From positions 7,451 through 71,450 of the forward strand of contig JBBEBD010000056.1 of NCBI GenBank assembly GCA_040882525.1: DNA of 64,000 nt, read 5' to 3'. This document shows, in pieces, positions 38,341 to 47,545 of this stretch (its first letter is position 1; each line of letters starts with the position of its first letter). Source of the DNA: Balneolaceae bacterium (GTDB taxonomy: Bacteria > Bacteroidota > Rhodothermia > Balneolales > Balneolaceae). A model generated the notes under the pieces. The model did not search any database and was not told the DNA's origin. It worked only from the letters and a program-made list of their open reading frames with translations. The position numbers and the translations under genes were made by a program.

Positions 38341-38422
38341 CTTGTAGTGAGTATATGACTTTTCCCGCAAAAGTTCTGCTGCATTCTCGGCTGTTATATC
38401 CCTTGAGGATTTGCAAGCATTT
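38341..38422 (-). pseudogene. orphan duplicate of the last ~80 nt of galT
   Basis: By hand alignment, about 70 of 83 columns are identical to 39758..39840, the true galT 3' end. No upstream galT sequence is attached. Confidence 0.7.
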
Positions 38423-38627
38423 TGTGTCTTTTTGGAGCCAAAAAGCAGCACAGGCAGGCCCAGCCCCTTTTTACACAAGAAGGGACCGTTTTTCGCACTG
38501 ATTTAGAATCGAACTCAGGTTTACAGGTGTATGGCAGATAACGAACCAAAATCTACCTACCATTGAATTCCTTATCGATGTACCGATCACCTGATAGTGC
38601 CAGGTTAAACTAATGAATAAAATTTCT

Positions 38628-39623
38628 CTACGGCTGATATGGGCCTGTTACGACTATTCTGTCCCGGGAATCATCCACTTCAAAAAGATGAGGTATTCGG
38701 ATGTAGCGTCCGTCTATACTTTTATGGCTGTGAACCGACATAAGCAGCTTTCCATCAAACGTTCGGAATAGCATGCCATGCCCGAAGTTTGGTGGAGTGA
38801 TTGGCTCTTCTTGCTGTACCCATGGGCCATCTATTGTACCACTCTCTGAATAAGCCACACCTTGCACATAGTCACTGAAAACCCAGCTTGTCCATAACAT
38901 GCCCAATTTCCCTGTTTGTGTTTCGAACAACCAGGGGCCATCGGTAACTTTGTTTGGGATAATATTTCCATCATCATCCCGCTCCTTACTCCAGGGAGAA
39001 TCAAGCGCCCGAAACAAAATTTTTCCTTCACCCAAAGGTCCTGACAAATCAGGTTTTAATTCAATTTTTTCCATGGTTCCGTTCCAGTTAATCAACCATT
39101 CTTCACAGTAAATCATGTAAGGTTTGCCATCCTTACCTAGCCAAAAAGTACCATCCAAAGTGGGGACGTCCGGTGGCAAATAAACATCGTCTTCCATGGG
39201 TATGTAAGGCCCGTCAGGCTTGTCACTAACCAATACATGACTGGCCCGTCGATTAATAGTATTGCCCTTTACCGTATCGATAACCACATCATTATTGGTG
39301 AATGTAGCAAAGTAATAATACTTGCCCTTGTATTGATGCAATTCAGCAGCCCATATCATTGGCCGGGGCCCCATCCATGATTCAGGATCGGTTTTTGTAA
39401 CCCTGAAAGGCCCCGTCCACGTTCGAAGATTCTTGCTTTTCCAAAGCAAGCCACCCGTTCCGGTCATGTAATAAGTTTTTGTTTTTTCATCCGCAAGAAT
39501 GGCGGGATCGCTGAGCCTGATAGAGTCTAAAGGAACGTCTTCTCTTACTTCGGGTATCTCACGTTGAGCAAAGGCGGTAGAAACATTCAGGATTAATATC
39601 AGTGCGACAAAAAGTATTCTCAT
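38628..39623 (-). CDS. secreted GH43-like five-bladed beta-propeller glycoside hydrolase
   Basis: The track start at 39644 is a TTG. The ATG at 39623 gives a signal peptide (MRILFVALILILNVSTAFAQ). GH43-style motifs are present: LSDPAILADEKTKTYYMTGT, IWAAELHQYKGKYYYFAT, TLDGTFW, VTDGPWLFE. Confidence 0.7.
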   Translation of the reverse strand: MRILFVALILILNVSTAFAQREIPEVREDVPLDSIRLSDPAILADEKTKTYYMTGTGGLLWKSKNLRTWTGPFRVTKTDPESWMGPRPMIWAAELHQYKGKYYYFATFTNNDVVIDTVKGNTINRRASHVLVSDKPDGPYIPMEDDVYLPPDVPTLDGTFWLGKDGKPYMIYCEEWLINWNGTMEKIELKPDLSGPLGEGKILFRALDSPWSKERDDDGNIIPNKVTDGPWLFETQTGKLGMLWTSWVFSDYVQGVAYSESGTIDGPWVQQEEPITPPNFGHGMLFRTFDGKLLMSVHSHKSIDGRYIRIPHLFEVDDSRDRIVVTGPYQP

Positions 39624-39742
39624 GTTATCAAAAGGTATGTTCAAGTGTGAAATCTAACAAAAATCTGGCGGAAAAATTATTCGAAAAGTGATCGCTTTAC
39701 TCCCAAATGTAGTTGAGCTGCCATACAAACTCCCATCAGATA

Positions 39743-40795
39743 CTAACGTCGTGTCAACTTGTAGTGAGTATCTGATTTTTCCCGCAAAAGCTCCGCAGCA
39801 GCCTCCGCAGTGATATCCCGCTGAGGGTTTGCAAGCATTTCATACCCAACACGGAATTTTTTGACTGTCGCTGATCTTAGCAGCGGAGGATAAAAATGCA
39901 TATGAAAATGCCATTCGGGGTGATCCGCACCATCGGTGGGTGATGGATGAAATCCCCCTGAATAGGGAAATGAAATGTGAAAAAGATTATCATATTTCAC
40001 TGTAATTTTTTTGATGATATCGGCCAGAGAAAATTTTTCGTTTTCAGTCATATCTGTAAACCCGCCAAACGGCCGGCGGCTGATGAGAAGCGTTTCAAAC
40101 GGCCAGAAAGCCCAGAATGGAACCAGAATAATAAAATCATCATTTTCCGCTACTATCCTTTCCTTCTCTTTCAGCTCGGTTTCAAGATAATCCCCAAGAA
40201 GAGTTCTGCGATGGGTTTTGAAATATTTTTGCTGCTGTTCCAGTTCTTTTTTCGGCTCTTCAGGTATGGTTTCCTGCGCCCAAATCTGCCCGTGCGGATG
40301 AGGATTACTGCATCCCATAATCTCTCCTTTATTTTCAAAAATCTGTACGTAATTGATAAAGTCCCGGGAACCAAGTTCTTTATACTGATCCGTCCACAGG
40401 TTCACCACGTTAACGATTTGATCTGTACTCATTTCAGGCAGCGTCAGGTTGTGCCGGGGCGAAAAACACACTACCCTGCAGATTCCTTTTTCGGTTTCTG
40501 CTAATAGAAGATCTTCTTTGGAAAAATTTTCTTTTTCAGTTTCGGGGAGTAGTGCACTGAAATCATTATCAAATACAAATGTGGATGTATACTCCGGATT
40601 CCGGGCTCCGCCTGTTCGTTTATTTCCGGGACAGAGATAACAATTTTCATCATATTCCGGCTTTTGAATGACAGATTGCTCTTCCAGTTGTCCCTGCCAC
40701 GGCCTTTTATTCCGGTGAGCAGAAACCTGAACCCATTCACCCGTTAACTTGTTCAGGCGCCGGTGTGGCTTATTATTGAATAATATATTCATCAT
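39743..40795 (-). CDS. galT: galactose-1-phosphate uridylyltransferase
   Basis: [26 protein letters not shown] aligns with the E. coli GalT N-terminus. The Zn-site CYLCPGN and the HPH active site ([12 protein letters not shown]) are present. The ATG at 40795 (MMNILFNNK...) fits better than the track start at 40858. Confidence 0.9.
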   Translation of the reverse strand: MMNILFNNKPHRRLNKLTGEWVQVSAHRNKRPWQGQLEEQSVIQKPEYDENCYLCPGNKRTGGARNPEYTSTFVFDNDFSALLPETEKENFSKEDLLLAETEKGICRVVCFSPRHNLTLPEMSTDQIVNVVNLWTDQYKELGSRDFINYVQIFENKGEIMGCSNPHPHGQIWAQETIPEEPKKELEQQQKYFKTHRRTLLGDYLETELKEKERIVAENDDFIILVPFWAFWPFETLLISRRPFGGFTDMTENEKFSLADIIKKITVKYDNLFHISFPYSGGFHPSPTDGADHPEWHFHMHFYPPLLRSATVKKFRVGYEMLANPQRDITAEAAAELLREKSDTHYKLTRR

Positions 40796-40884
40796 TTTCT
40801 TTGTAAAAAAGACTCCATTGGAGAACCATAGCCTTAACGGCGAAGGTATAATGTACATAACCTTGCGTGCTATTTGAAATCACC

Positions 40885-41111
40885 CACTCCGGAGGAGTGA
40901 TATGTTTGTAATACATGAACAAGGACATCACCATCTCCCAGAGGCGATCTTTGCGAAAGAGCTTTTGATATATACGAGAGGGAATCCAACAGCCCATACA
41001 AAACCTGGTGCAAAAACCCCCGTTCCTGTTCTGAGGTTTTAACAAGTTCCGGATTGGGGGTTTGGGTATTACCATTTCATTATTTTACAAACATACGGCT
41101 CCGCCGGAGCC
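40885..41111. mobile_element. MITE-like element, copy 1 (about 227 bp, hairpin-containing terminal inverted repeats)
   Basis: The left end is CACTCCGGAGGAGTGATATGTTTGTAAT. The reverse complement of the right end is GGCTCCGGCGGAGCCGTATGTTTGTAAA. No ORF of its own is credible. Confidence 0.5.
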
Positions 41112-41176
41112 GGTAAAAATATAGCCTTAAACCAACAGATCGAGAAAGGCCAAAAATTCTTGTCTTCAAAAAAAAC

Positions 41177-41387
41177 CACTCCGGAGGAGTGGTATGTTTG
41201 TAGATATATGAACAAGGATATTACCATCTTCCCGAGACGATCGTTACGAAAGAGCTTTTGATTTATACGAGGAGGAAGCCAACAGCCCATACAAAACCCG
41301 GTACAAAAATCCCTGGATTATTTCCTGATTTTACCTGCATCTGAACCATTTTCTCATTTCTATAACCATAAGGCTCCCCCCGGAGCC
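41177..41387. mobile_element. MITE-like element, copy 2 (about 211 bp, more decayed right end)
   Basis: It is a direct repeat of copy 1 at a 292-bp offset. The left 140 bp is roughly 85% identical by eye. The right end is GGCTCCCCCCGGAGCC. Confidence 0.5.
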
Positions 41388-41427
41388 GATAATTTGAACC
41401 TGCAAACATTTCTCCTGAACATTGATA

Positions 41428-42588
41428 TTAACTTATAACCCCGGCCCCGTCACTGATCCGCGCCTGGTAAAACTCAACCGGCGGCCGGGCGTTTCCATTA
41501 TACCTGGTTTTGATGATATCCATCACACCTTCCACTTCATTTTCCAGAACCAGGTTAATGGTACAGCCGCCAAAACCTCCTCCCATCATACGCGAACCCA
41601 ATACAGCATCCAGATTTTCCGTTGCCTCCACCAGCAGATCCAGCTCGCGGCAGCTTACTTCATATTCATCTCTCAGTCCGTAATGAGACCGGTACATCCG
41701 GCGGCCGAATGATTGAATATTCCCTTTCGAAAGGTCATTACATGCTTCCAAAACCCGCCGGTTCTCATCCAGCACATACCGGCACCGTTTATAGACTACA
41801 TCAGACAATTCACTTTTATGCTCTTCCAGGAGCTGATAAGATACATCCCGCAGGCTGTTCAGTGAATCATCAAACTTACGCAAAACAGAAACCCCTTCTT
41901 CACACTGCCTGCGCCGGATATTATATTCTGATCCGGCCAGTTCACGCCGGACGTTTGTATCGCAAAGCAGAATTGCAAGATCACTGCGATCAAAAGAATG
42001 ATGTGAATATTCCAGGGACCGGCAATCCAGTTTGATTACACTTCCGGCTTTTCCGTGAAGGTTGGCAAACTGATCCATAATACCACATTGTACCCCCACA
42101 AATTCGTTCTCCGCCTGCTGCCCGATTTTTGCCATTTCTGCCCGGGACAGGTTCAGTTCAAACAATTCAGACAAACCCAGCAGTACACCCCCTTCCAGAG
42201 CGGCTGAGGAAGAAAGTCCGGCTCCGATTGGAATATCTCCTCCAAATAAACAGTCAAATCCTCCGATCTCAAATCCCCGCTTTTGGAGCTGATCTGTAAC
42301 ACCCATGATATAGTCAGGCCAATTCCCTGTTTTTTGAAACTCACCCGTCAAATCCGTTTCAAATTCCGATTGATCCATATCCCTGGCAACCAGACGAATC
42401 CTTCTGAGTTTATTAGGAGCTAATGCTAAAACAATCTTCTTATCGATGGCAGCAGGCAGTACAAAGCCATCATTATAATCCGTATGCTCTCCAATCAAGT
42501 TAACACGGGCTGGTGATTCTACTACGACCGGTGCAGATTCGAACCGATTCCGGAACTCAGGCAATATATTGTTGGAGTTTAAAGTCAC
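41428..42588 (-). CDS. galK: galactokinase
   Basis: The GalK signature RVNLIGEHTDYNDGFVLP and the GHMP ATP-binding loop PIGAGLSSSAALEG are present. The start is GTG at 42586-42588, and the N-terminal length matches E. coli GalK. Confidence 0.92.
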   Translation of the reverse strand: MTLNSNNILPEFRNRFESAPVVVESPARVNLIGEHTDYNDGFVLPAAIDKKIVLALAPNKLRRIRLVARDMDQSEFETDLTGEFQKTGNWPDYIMGVTDQLQKRGFEIGGFDCLFGGDIPIGAGLSSSAALEGGVLLGLSELFELNLSRAEMAKIGQQAENEFVGVQCGIMDQFANLHGKAGSVIKLDCRSLEYSHHSFDRSDLAILLCDTNVRRELAGSEYNIRRRQCEEGVSVLRKFDDSLNSLRDVSYQLLEEHKSELSDVVYKRCRYVLDENRRVLEACNDLSKGNIQSFGRRMYRSHYGLRDEYEVSCRELDLLVEATENLDAVLGSRMMGGGFGGCTINLVLENEVEGVMDIIKTRYNGNARPPVEFYQARISDGAGVIS

Positions 42589-42630
42589 TGCTTATTCTAT
42601 AAATTTGAGGTGGTTCTGGCGATTGTTGGG

Positions 42631-44250
42631 TCAGGCTTCAAAAAGAATGGAAAAATCCGCAAAGTAAGCATAAATCATCAGTACGATAATGACCAAAAAC
42701 ACACTGGCGTGCATAGAATATTTCCATGGTGTCATATCCACATCTTTGGTATACTCTTGCTCCCATGCATCATCCAGTGGCTTGAAATAACCGAAACCCA
42801 TCATTAAGCCGACCAACAGAACAAAGGATAGCCCAAGGAAATGAAATTCGGTGATTTGAGCTACCCACCCGTTAAACGGTGGAACAAAATATCCTGTGGC
42901 AATAGAGAGGCAGCCAGCTACAAGAGCCCATTTTGCAGCGACGGGTGGTATTTTCGGGCCTATCAACCCTACAAGAACTACAGCCAGAATGGGAATAAAA
43001 TAAATGCCGTTCATCTGCTGCAGGTATTGAAATATACTTTCCTGGCCGATAAGCAGCGGCGCAATAATCATGGAAGCAAACGCCACAATCCAGCCAAATC
43101 CCTTTCCTGCTTTTACAATCTGATCATCAGTAGCATCCTTATTCCAGACAGCTTTATAAAAGCCATATCCAAAAAGTGTAGAACTTGCGTTGAGGGCAGA
43201 GTTAAACGAGCTTAGAATCGCTCCAACCATTACACCCGCAAATAACCCTGTCATGGGTGACGGCAATACATCCCGAACGAGCACCCCATAGGCACTGTCT
43301 GCTTCAATTCCAGTGTCCGCATAAAGGTAAAATGCAATAATACCGGGAAGCACAAGATACATCGGCCCCATCAGTTTCAGCAATCCGGTCAGAAGTACGC
43401 CCTTCTGGCCCTCTTCAAGGCTGCTGGCTCCAAACGTTCGCTGGATAATCTGCTGATTGGTGCACCAGTAAAAAACATTTAACAGTAATACGCCTGTAAA
43501 CAGCGTTGAAAAAGGAACCTGTTGATCCGGGCCGCCAATGGAGTTAAACCGCTCCGGGTTCGCTTCGTTCAGGGTTTGCCATCCCTCAAGTAAACCTTCA
43601 CCCCCGCTTACAGCCTGTAAGCCGAAATAGGTAATGGCCAGGCCGCCAATTAATAATCCAATTCCATTGAGCAGATCAGATACAGCGATGGAGCTGAGTC
43701 CGCCAAAAAGGGCGTAACTGGCTCCGATAATGCCGACTACCCAAACAGTAAGCCAGATAACTCCCGCATACGATTCAATTCCCGTTAATAACTGGATATC
43801 GAGCATCCCCACAAGTGCCGTCGCTCCTGTGTACAAAATGATAGGCAATAAAATAGCTACATAAGCTGCAAGAAAAATCAGGTTCGAAATTACCTGAGTA
43901 CCATGATCAAATCGAATTCCGAGAAATTGGGGTACTGTAGCAATTCCGCTTTTCAAAAACCGCGGCAGAAAATAAAGAGCCATTAATACAAGAGCCAAAA
44001 CGGCGAGCACTTCCCAGGCCATCACACTCAAACCATCAATAAAGGCAGACCCGTTTAAGCCCACCATCTGCTCTGTTGACAGATTTGTTAACAACAAAGA
44101 GCCGGCAATAAATGGGAAACTAAGTCTCCTGCCCGCAAGATAATACCCGTCAAGGCTGGAAATATCCTGCTCGCGTACCCACCACCAGGTGAAAACGGCC
44201 ACAAAAGTGATAAAAAACAGGAAACTGCTAATTATAATGAAATTCTCCAT
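42631..44250 (-). CDS. sodium:solute symporter (SSF/SGLT family), probable sugar (galactose/glucose) transporter
   Basis: 539 aa with about 13-14 TM segments. It has an SSF N-terminal pattern (YYLAGRRLSFPFIAGSLLLTNLSTEQMVGLNGSAF). It lies 42 nt upstream of galK. Confidence 0.88.
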   Translation of the reverse strand: MENFIIISSFLFFITFVAVFTWWWVREQDISSLDGYYLAGRRLSFPFIAGSLLLTNLSTEQMVGLNGSAFIDGLSVMAWEVLAVLALVLMALYFLPRFLKSGIATVPQFLGIRFDHGTQVISNLIFLAAYVAILLPIILYTGATALVGMLDIQLLTGIESYAGVIWLTVWVVGIIGASYALFGGLSSIAVSDLLNGIGLLIGGLAITYFGLQAVSGGEGLLEGWQTLNEANPERFNSIGGPDQQVPFSTLFTGVLLLNVFYWCTNQQIIQRTFGASSLEEGQKGVLLTGLLKLMGPMYLVLPGIIAFYLYADTGIEADSAYGVLVRDVLPSPMTGLFAGVMVGAILSSFNSALNASSTLFGYGFYKAVWNKDATDDQIVKAGKGFGWIVAFASMIIAPLLIGQESIFQYLQQMNGIYFIPILAVVLVGLIGPKIPPVAAKWALVAGCLSIATGYFVPPFNGWVAQITEFHFLGLSFVLLVGLMMGFGYFKPLDDAWEQEYTKDVDMTPWKYSMHASVFLVIIVLMIYAYFADFSILFEA

Positions 44251-44477
44251 GTTGTAATCGAATAAAGAATGTAGCTGAGTTTAATTCAGTTTTGGTTCAT
44301 TACAGCCAGGATTATCATCTGTTTAACCTAAAAGCAGGCAACCTCTTCCTGGTCACGATCAAAATCAGGAATGTTGTTACCTTCAGTTAAATGATAATAT
44401 CAGGCGTAGATAGGTTCATGTATTTTTATCTGATTGTAAATAGGTAATCAGCTCTTAAAAAAAGCAGCTACTGCAAA

Positions 44478-45584
44478 TCAATCCTCAATTGCTTTCCCCC
44501 AAAGAGAAAAAAGATTTCGCCCGATATCTGTATTATCCAGAGTTCCTGTAAACATTTCCGAAGATGGGCCATAACTATATACAGGAACCTGCAAGGCTGT
44601 ATGGCCGCCTGTTGAGAACTCGTAACGTACATCATTCTCCTCGCCTGCCGGAAGAGTCAGGCCACCTGTTTCATGATCTGCTGTAACAATTACCAGTGTA
44701 TTGCCGTCGTTTCTTGCAAATTCCAGTACACTTCCAATAACATTATCAAAATCAATGGTTTCCTGGATCATCTGTCCGGCATTGTTATCATGCGCCGCCC
44801 AGTCAATCATGGATCCTTCAATCATCATAAAAAATCCTTCCTGATGCCGGGATAATTCATCCAGCGCAGCCATTGTAATGCGGGCTGCCTGATCCCCCCG
44901 GTCGGGATACGTCTGTAAATCTCCTCCTTCCAGGAATACGATTACTTTTTCCTGTCCCGCCATTTGATCCAGCTCATTTTCATCATCAATAAACAGGTAT
45001 CCCAGTTCCTGCATTTCGGCAATCAGGTTCCGTTCATCAGGGCGTGCGCCCCCTTCAACTTCAGGAAGAAAATAATCTGTGCCCGCGCCAAGTATCATAT
45101 CAATTCCTGAGTTCACAAACTTTTCAGCAATAATAAATTCATCCGACCGGCTTTCATGATGTACAGCAAAACTTGCAGGAGTTGCGTGCGTGATCCGTGA
45201 GGTTGCCATAAGCGCTGTTCGTTTACCGATTTCTGAAGCATAATGAGCAATACTTTCCAGTGGCGTTCCATCCGGAGCCATTCCAATCATTCCGTTATTT
45301 GTTTTATAACCGGAAGCATAGGTTGTGGCACTCGATGCAGAATCGGTTACCCGGTGATCATTCGCATGTGTAAATACCGACCCGGCATAGGGCATACCTG
45401 TCATATTGAGACTGCCATGGACATATTCCGTTGCGGTTACCTGCGGGTATCCCATACCATCTCCTATCAGGAGAATGATATTTTTAGGTATTTCTGTTTG
45501 TTGTTCAGATGTATTGCATGAAACAACTGACGCTATGAACGAAAAAATAAGAAGCGATTGAATAATAAATCTTGTAGAAGTCAT
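44478..45584 (-). CDS. alkaline phosphatase (PhoA family), lipoprotein
   Basis: PhoA-family motifs are present: LLIGDGMG, DSASSATTYASGYKT (nucleophile Ser region), DWAAHDN, VTADHETGG. The lipoprotein signal ends ...ASVVSC. Confidence 0.85.
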   Translation of the reverse strand: MTSTRFIIQSLLIFSFIASVVSCNTSEQQTEIPKNIILLIGDGMGYPQVTATEYVHGSLNMTGMPYAGSVFTHANDHRVTDSASSATTYASGYKTNNGMIGMAPDGTPLESIAHYASEIGKRTALMATSRITHATPASFAVHHESRSDEFIIAEKFVNSGIDMILGAGTDYFLPEVEGGARPDERNLIAEMQELGYLFIDDENELDQMAGQEKVIVFLEGGDLQTYPDRGDQAARITMAALDELSRHQEGFFMMIEGSMIDWAAHDNNAGQMIQETIDFDNVIGSVLEFARNDGNTLVIVTADHETGGLTLPAGEENDVRYEFSTGGHTALQVPVYSYGPSSEMFTGTLDNTDIGRNLFSLWGKAIED

Positions 45585-45706
45585 AAGAGAATTTGAGATG
45601 ATCCGTTTCAGGTAACCTGTATAATTATTGCCAGAACTAAGATAAAATTATTTCGCACATCTCTGAATGGTTTTTTAAATGCGAAAGGTTCTGCAAAAAA
45701 ATCAGA

Positions 45707-46627
45707 TTAATTCCGAAATGCTTCACCAATAACCACCATAGCATTTTCCAGGGATGTACGCCAGTATTCCCAGGTATGCCCGCCATCTCTGACCCTGAAT
45801 TCGAAAGGAATATTTTTACTGTTCATGATATGAACCAGGTTGGTATTTTCCTCAAGCAGGAAATCATCATCCCCGCAATCGATGAATATCTGAGGAAGAG
45901 GAGCTTCCCCATCCGCACCGGGTGAGAAGCCTCCGCCATTTTCCACAGGGTCCATTTTCATGAACATTTCCTGTACCGAATGCTCTTTGAAATTTTCGGG
46001 AAGTCCTTCTTCATTATCCGGCCCCCATGTTTTCAAATGAAATCTCTGATTCCACTCGCTTTTCTCTTCTCCCTCCCTCAGAGGCTCAACTTCAAGGAAA
46101 GCTGCACTCATAGCATATACAGCTTTGAACATCTCTCTATGCTTTACCCCGTGATACATCGCACCATACCCACCCATCGACAGGCCTGAAATTGCACGGC
46201 TGTTTCTATTGGCCTGAATCCGGTATTTTTCTTCAATTTCAGGAATAAATTCTTCATAAAAGAAATCTTCCCAGCGGATGGATTTATCATAGTTATTAAT
46301 ATAAAAAGCGTCGTAAAGCCCATCAGGCATAATTATAATCATCTCCGGAGCTGCTCCGTTTTCCATAGCTTTACCTGCAATCCGCCGGACTTCCCCTGTA
46401 TTTATCCAGCCATTATAGTTATCCGTCATTCCATGCAGCAGGTAAAGTACCGGGTACGACCGTGTGGAACTTTCATAACTATCCGGCAGATATACAGAAT
46501 ATGGCATTTCACGGTCCAGTATTTGACTCTCTACTGTTTGAGAATTGTCTACGATACCAAGCTGTGCATGCACATTGGTCACTGCCAGGAAGAAAAGCAG
46601 ACAAAATATGGATAAAGATCTTTTCAT
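45707..46627 (-). CDS. secreted alpha/beta-hydrolase esterase (esterase D / CE1-like)
   Basis: A signal peptide is present, along with YPVLYLLHGMTDNYNGW, the nucleophile elbow GLSMGGYGA and the C-terminal segment DGGHTW. Confidence 0.75.
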   Translation of the reverse strand: MKRSLSIFCLLFFLAVTNVHAQLGIVDNSQTVESQILDREMPYSVYLPDSYESSTRSYPVLYLLHGMTDNYNGWINTGEVRRIAGKAMENGAAPEMIIIMPDGLYDAFYINNYDKSIRWEDFFYEEFIPEIEEKYRIQANRNSRAISGLSMGGYGAMYHGVKHREMFKAVYAMSAAFLEVEPLREGEEKSEWNQRFHLKTWGPDNEEGLPENFKEHSVQEMFMKMDPVENGGGFSPGADGEAPLPQIFIDCGDDDFLLEENTNLVHIMNSKNIPFEFRVRDGGHTWEYWRTSLENAMVVIGEAFRN

Positions 46628-46735
46628 ATCAGAGGTAATTTTGAGAAGTTATTGTCGCAGTTGGTAACAATAGTATAGAATTCAGTATTATGAAACAAAC
46701 CCTCTGCATAAATAGTGGAATTGAAAAAGTCATTA

Positions 46736-47458
46736 ATGAAAAATTATTCAAAGTACCCGGATTGGGATCATTTTTTAAATGGTATATCTATAGATTGTGT
46801 GATTTTCGGATACCATCAAAAAGAGCTGAAAATTCTGATCCTCGAATACAAACAGATCAACACATATGCTTTGCCAGGTGGATTTATTAAGAATGATGAA
46901 AATCTTAACGAAGCGGCAAAACGTGTATTGGCGGAGCGAACAGGGTTAAAAGATATTTACCTGAATCAGTTCCATACATTTGGCGATCTGTCGCGTCATG
47001 ACCCGGAGCCAATGAAAAACCTGATCAAAAAATCGGGAATGAATTTTCCTGATGACCACTGGTTATTTCAGCGATTTATTACAGTTGGATATTACGCTTT
47101 GGTTGATTTTAACAAAGCCACCCCCGTACCTGGTCCGTTTTCAGACCGCTGTGAATGGTACGATGTAAATGATTTGCCTGAACTGATGCAGGATCACCGG
47201 TTAATAGTTGAAAAAGCGCTCGGTGAATTGCGGGATAATATTGATCATAAAGCGGTAGGACTTAATTTACTGGATAACGTTTTTACAATGGGAGAGCTGA
47301 AAGATCTGTATGAAACTATTTCGGGCAAAAAACTGAACCGAACCAGTTTTCACAGGAAAATGATGAAGTCGGGCAGGTTAAAAAGACTTGGGAAAAAAAG
47401 TACCGGAAAAGCTCACCGTTCGCCATACCTTTACAGGTTTGCGGGTTCTGAGGAGTAA
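46736..47458 (+). CDS. Nudix-domain protein with C-terminal winged-helix tail (NrtR/AraR-type regulator candidate)
   Basis: The Nudix box LPGGFIKNDENLNEAAKRVLAERTGL is present, followed by a basic C-terminal tail (FHRKMMKSGRLKRLGKKSTGKAHRSPYLYRF). The track start at 46715 is a GTG; the ATG lies at 46736. Confidence 0.7.
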   Translation: MKNYSKYPDWDHFLNGISIDCVIFGYHQKELKILILEYKQINTYALPGGFIKNDENLNEAAKRVLAERTGLKDIYLNQFHTFGDLSRHDPEPMKNLIKKSGMNFPDDHWLFQRFITVGYYALVDFNKATPVPGPFSDRCEWYDVNDLPELMQDHRLIVEKALGELRDNIDHKAVGLNLLDNVFTMGELKDLYETISGKKLNRTSFHRKMMKSGRLKRLGKKSTGKAHRSPYLYRFAGSEE

Positions 47459-47545
47459 AGTCATCGGATGAGTTTTAATCAATGCCCGGCCAGTTTAAAA
47501 AATCACAACCACTCCCGCCACTACTCATCCGATGAATCTCTCTGA

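Noticed and set aside
38495-38585. Minus-strand tRNA or tRNA fragment (TCAATGGTAG D-loop-like and GAGTTCGATTC T-loop-like strings)
   Set aside because: I could not fold a cloverleaf. The T-stem pairs at only 3 of 5 positions (CTGAG versus CTAAA), and there is no complementary acceptor stem. At most it is a decayed relic, and it needs tRNAscan-SE/Infernal to settle.
39977-40504. 175-aa plus-strand ORF inside galT
   Set aside because: It is antisense to a confidently identified galT with intact active-site motifs, and its composition is low-complexity (Phe/Ile/Lys-rich).
40773-41290. Two paralogous-looking small proteins (100 aa and 73 aa, MGCW(I/L)P.RI.QKLFR.DRL..MV.SLF...)
   Set aside because: Their similarity simply mirrors the tandem nucleotide repeat. 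The first overlaps the galT start region. Both span GC hairpins and have no recognisable family or signal.
44454-44477. Terminator after the alkaline phosphatase gene (GCAG-tag-CTGC + T7 on the minus strand)
   Set aside because: The stem is only 4 bp, which is too weak to call. It may still reduce readthrough into the SSF/galK genes.
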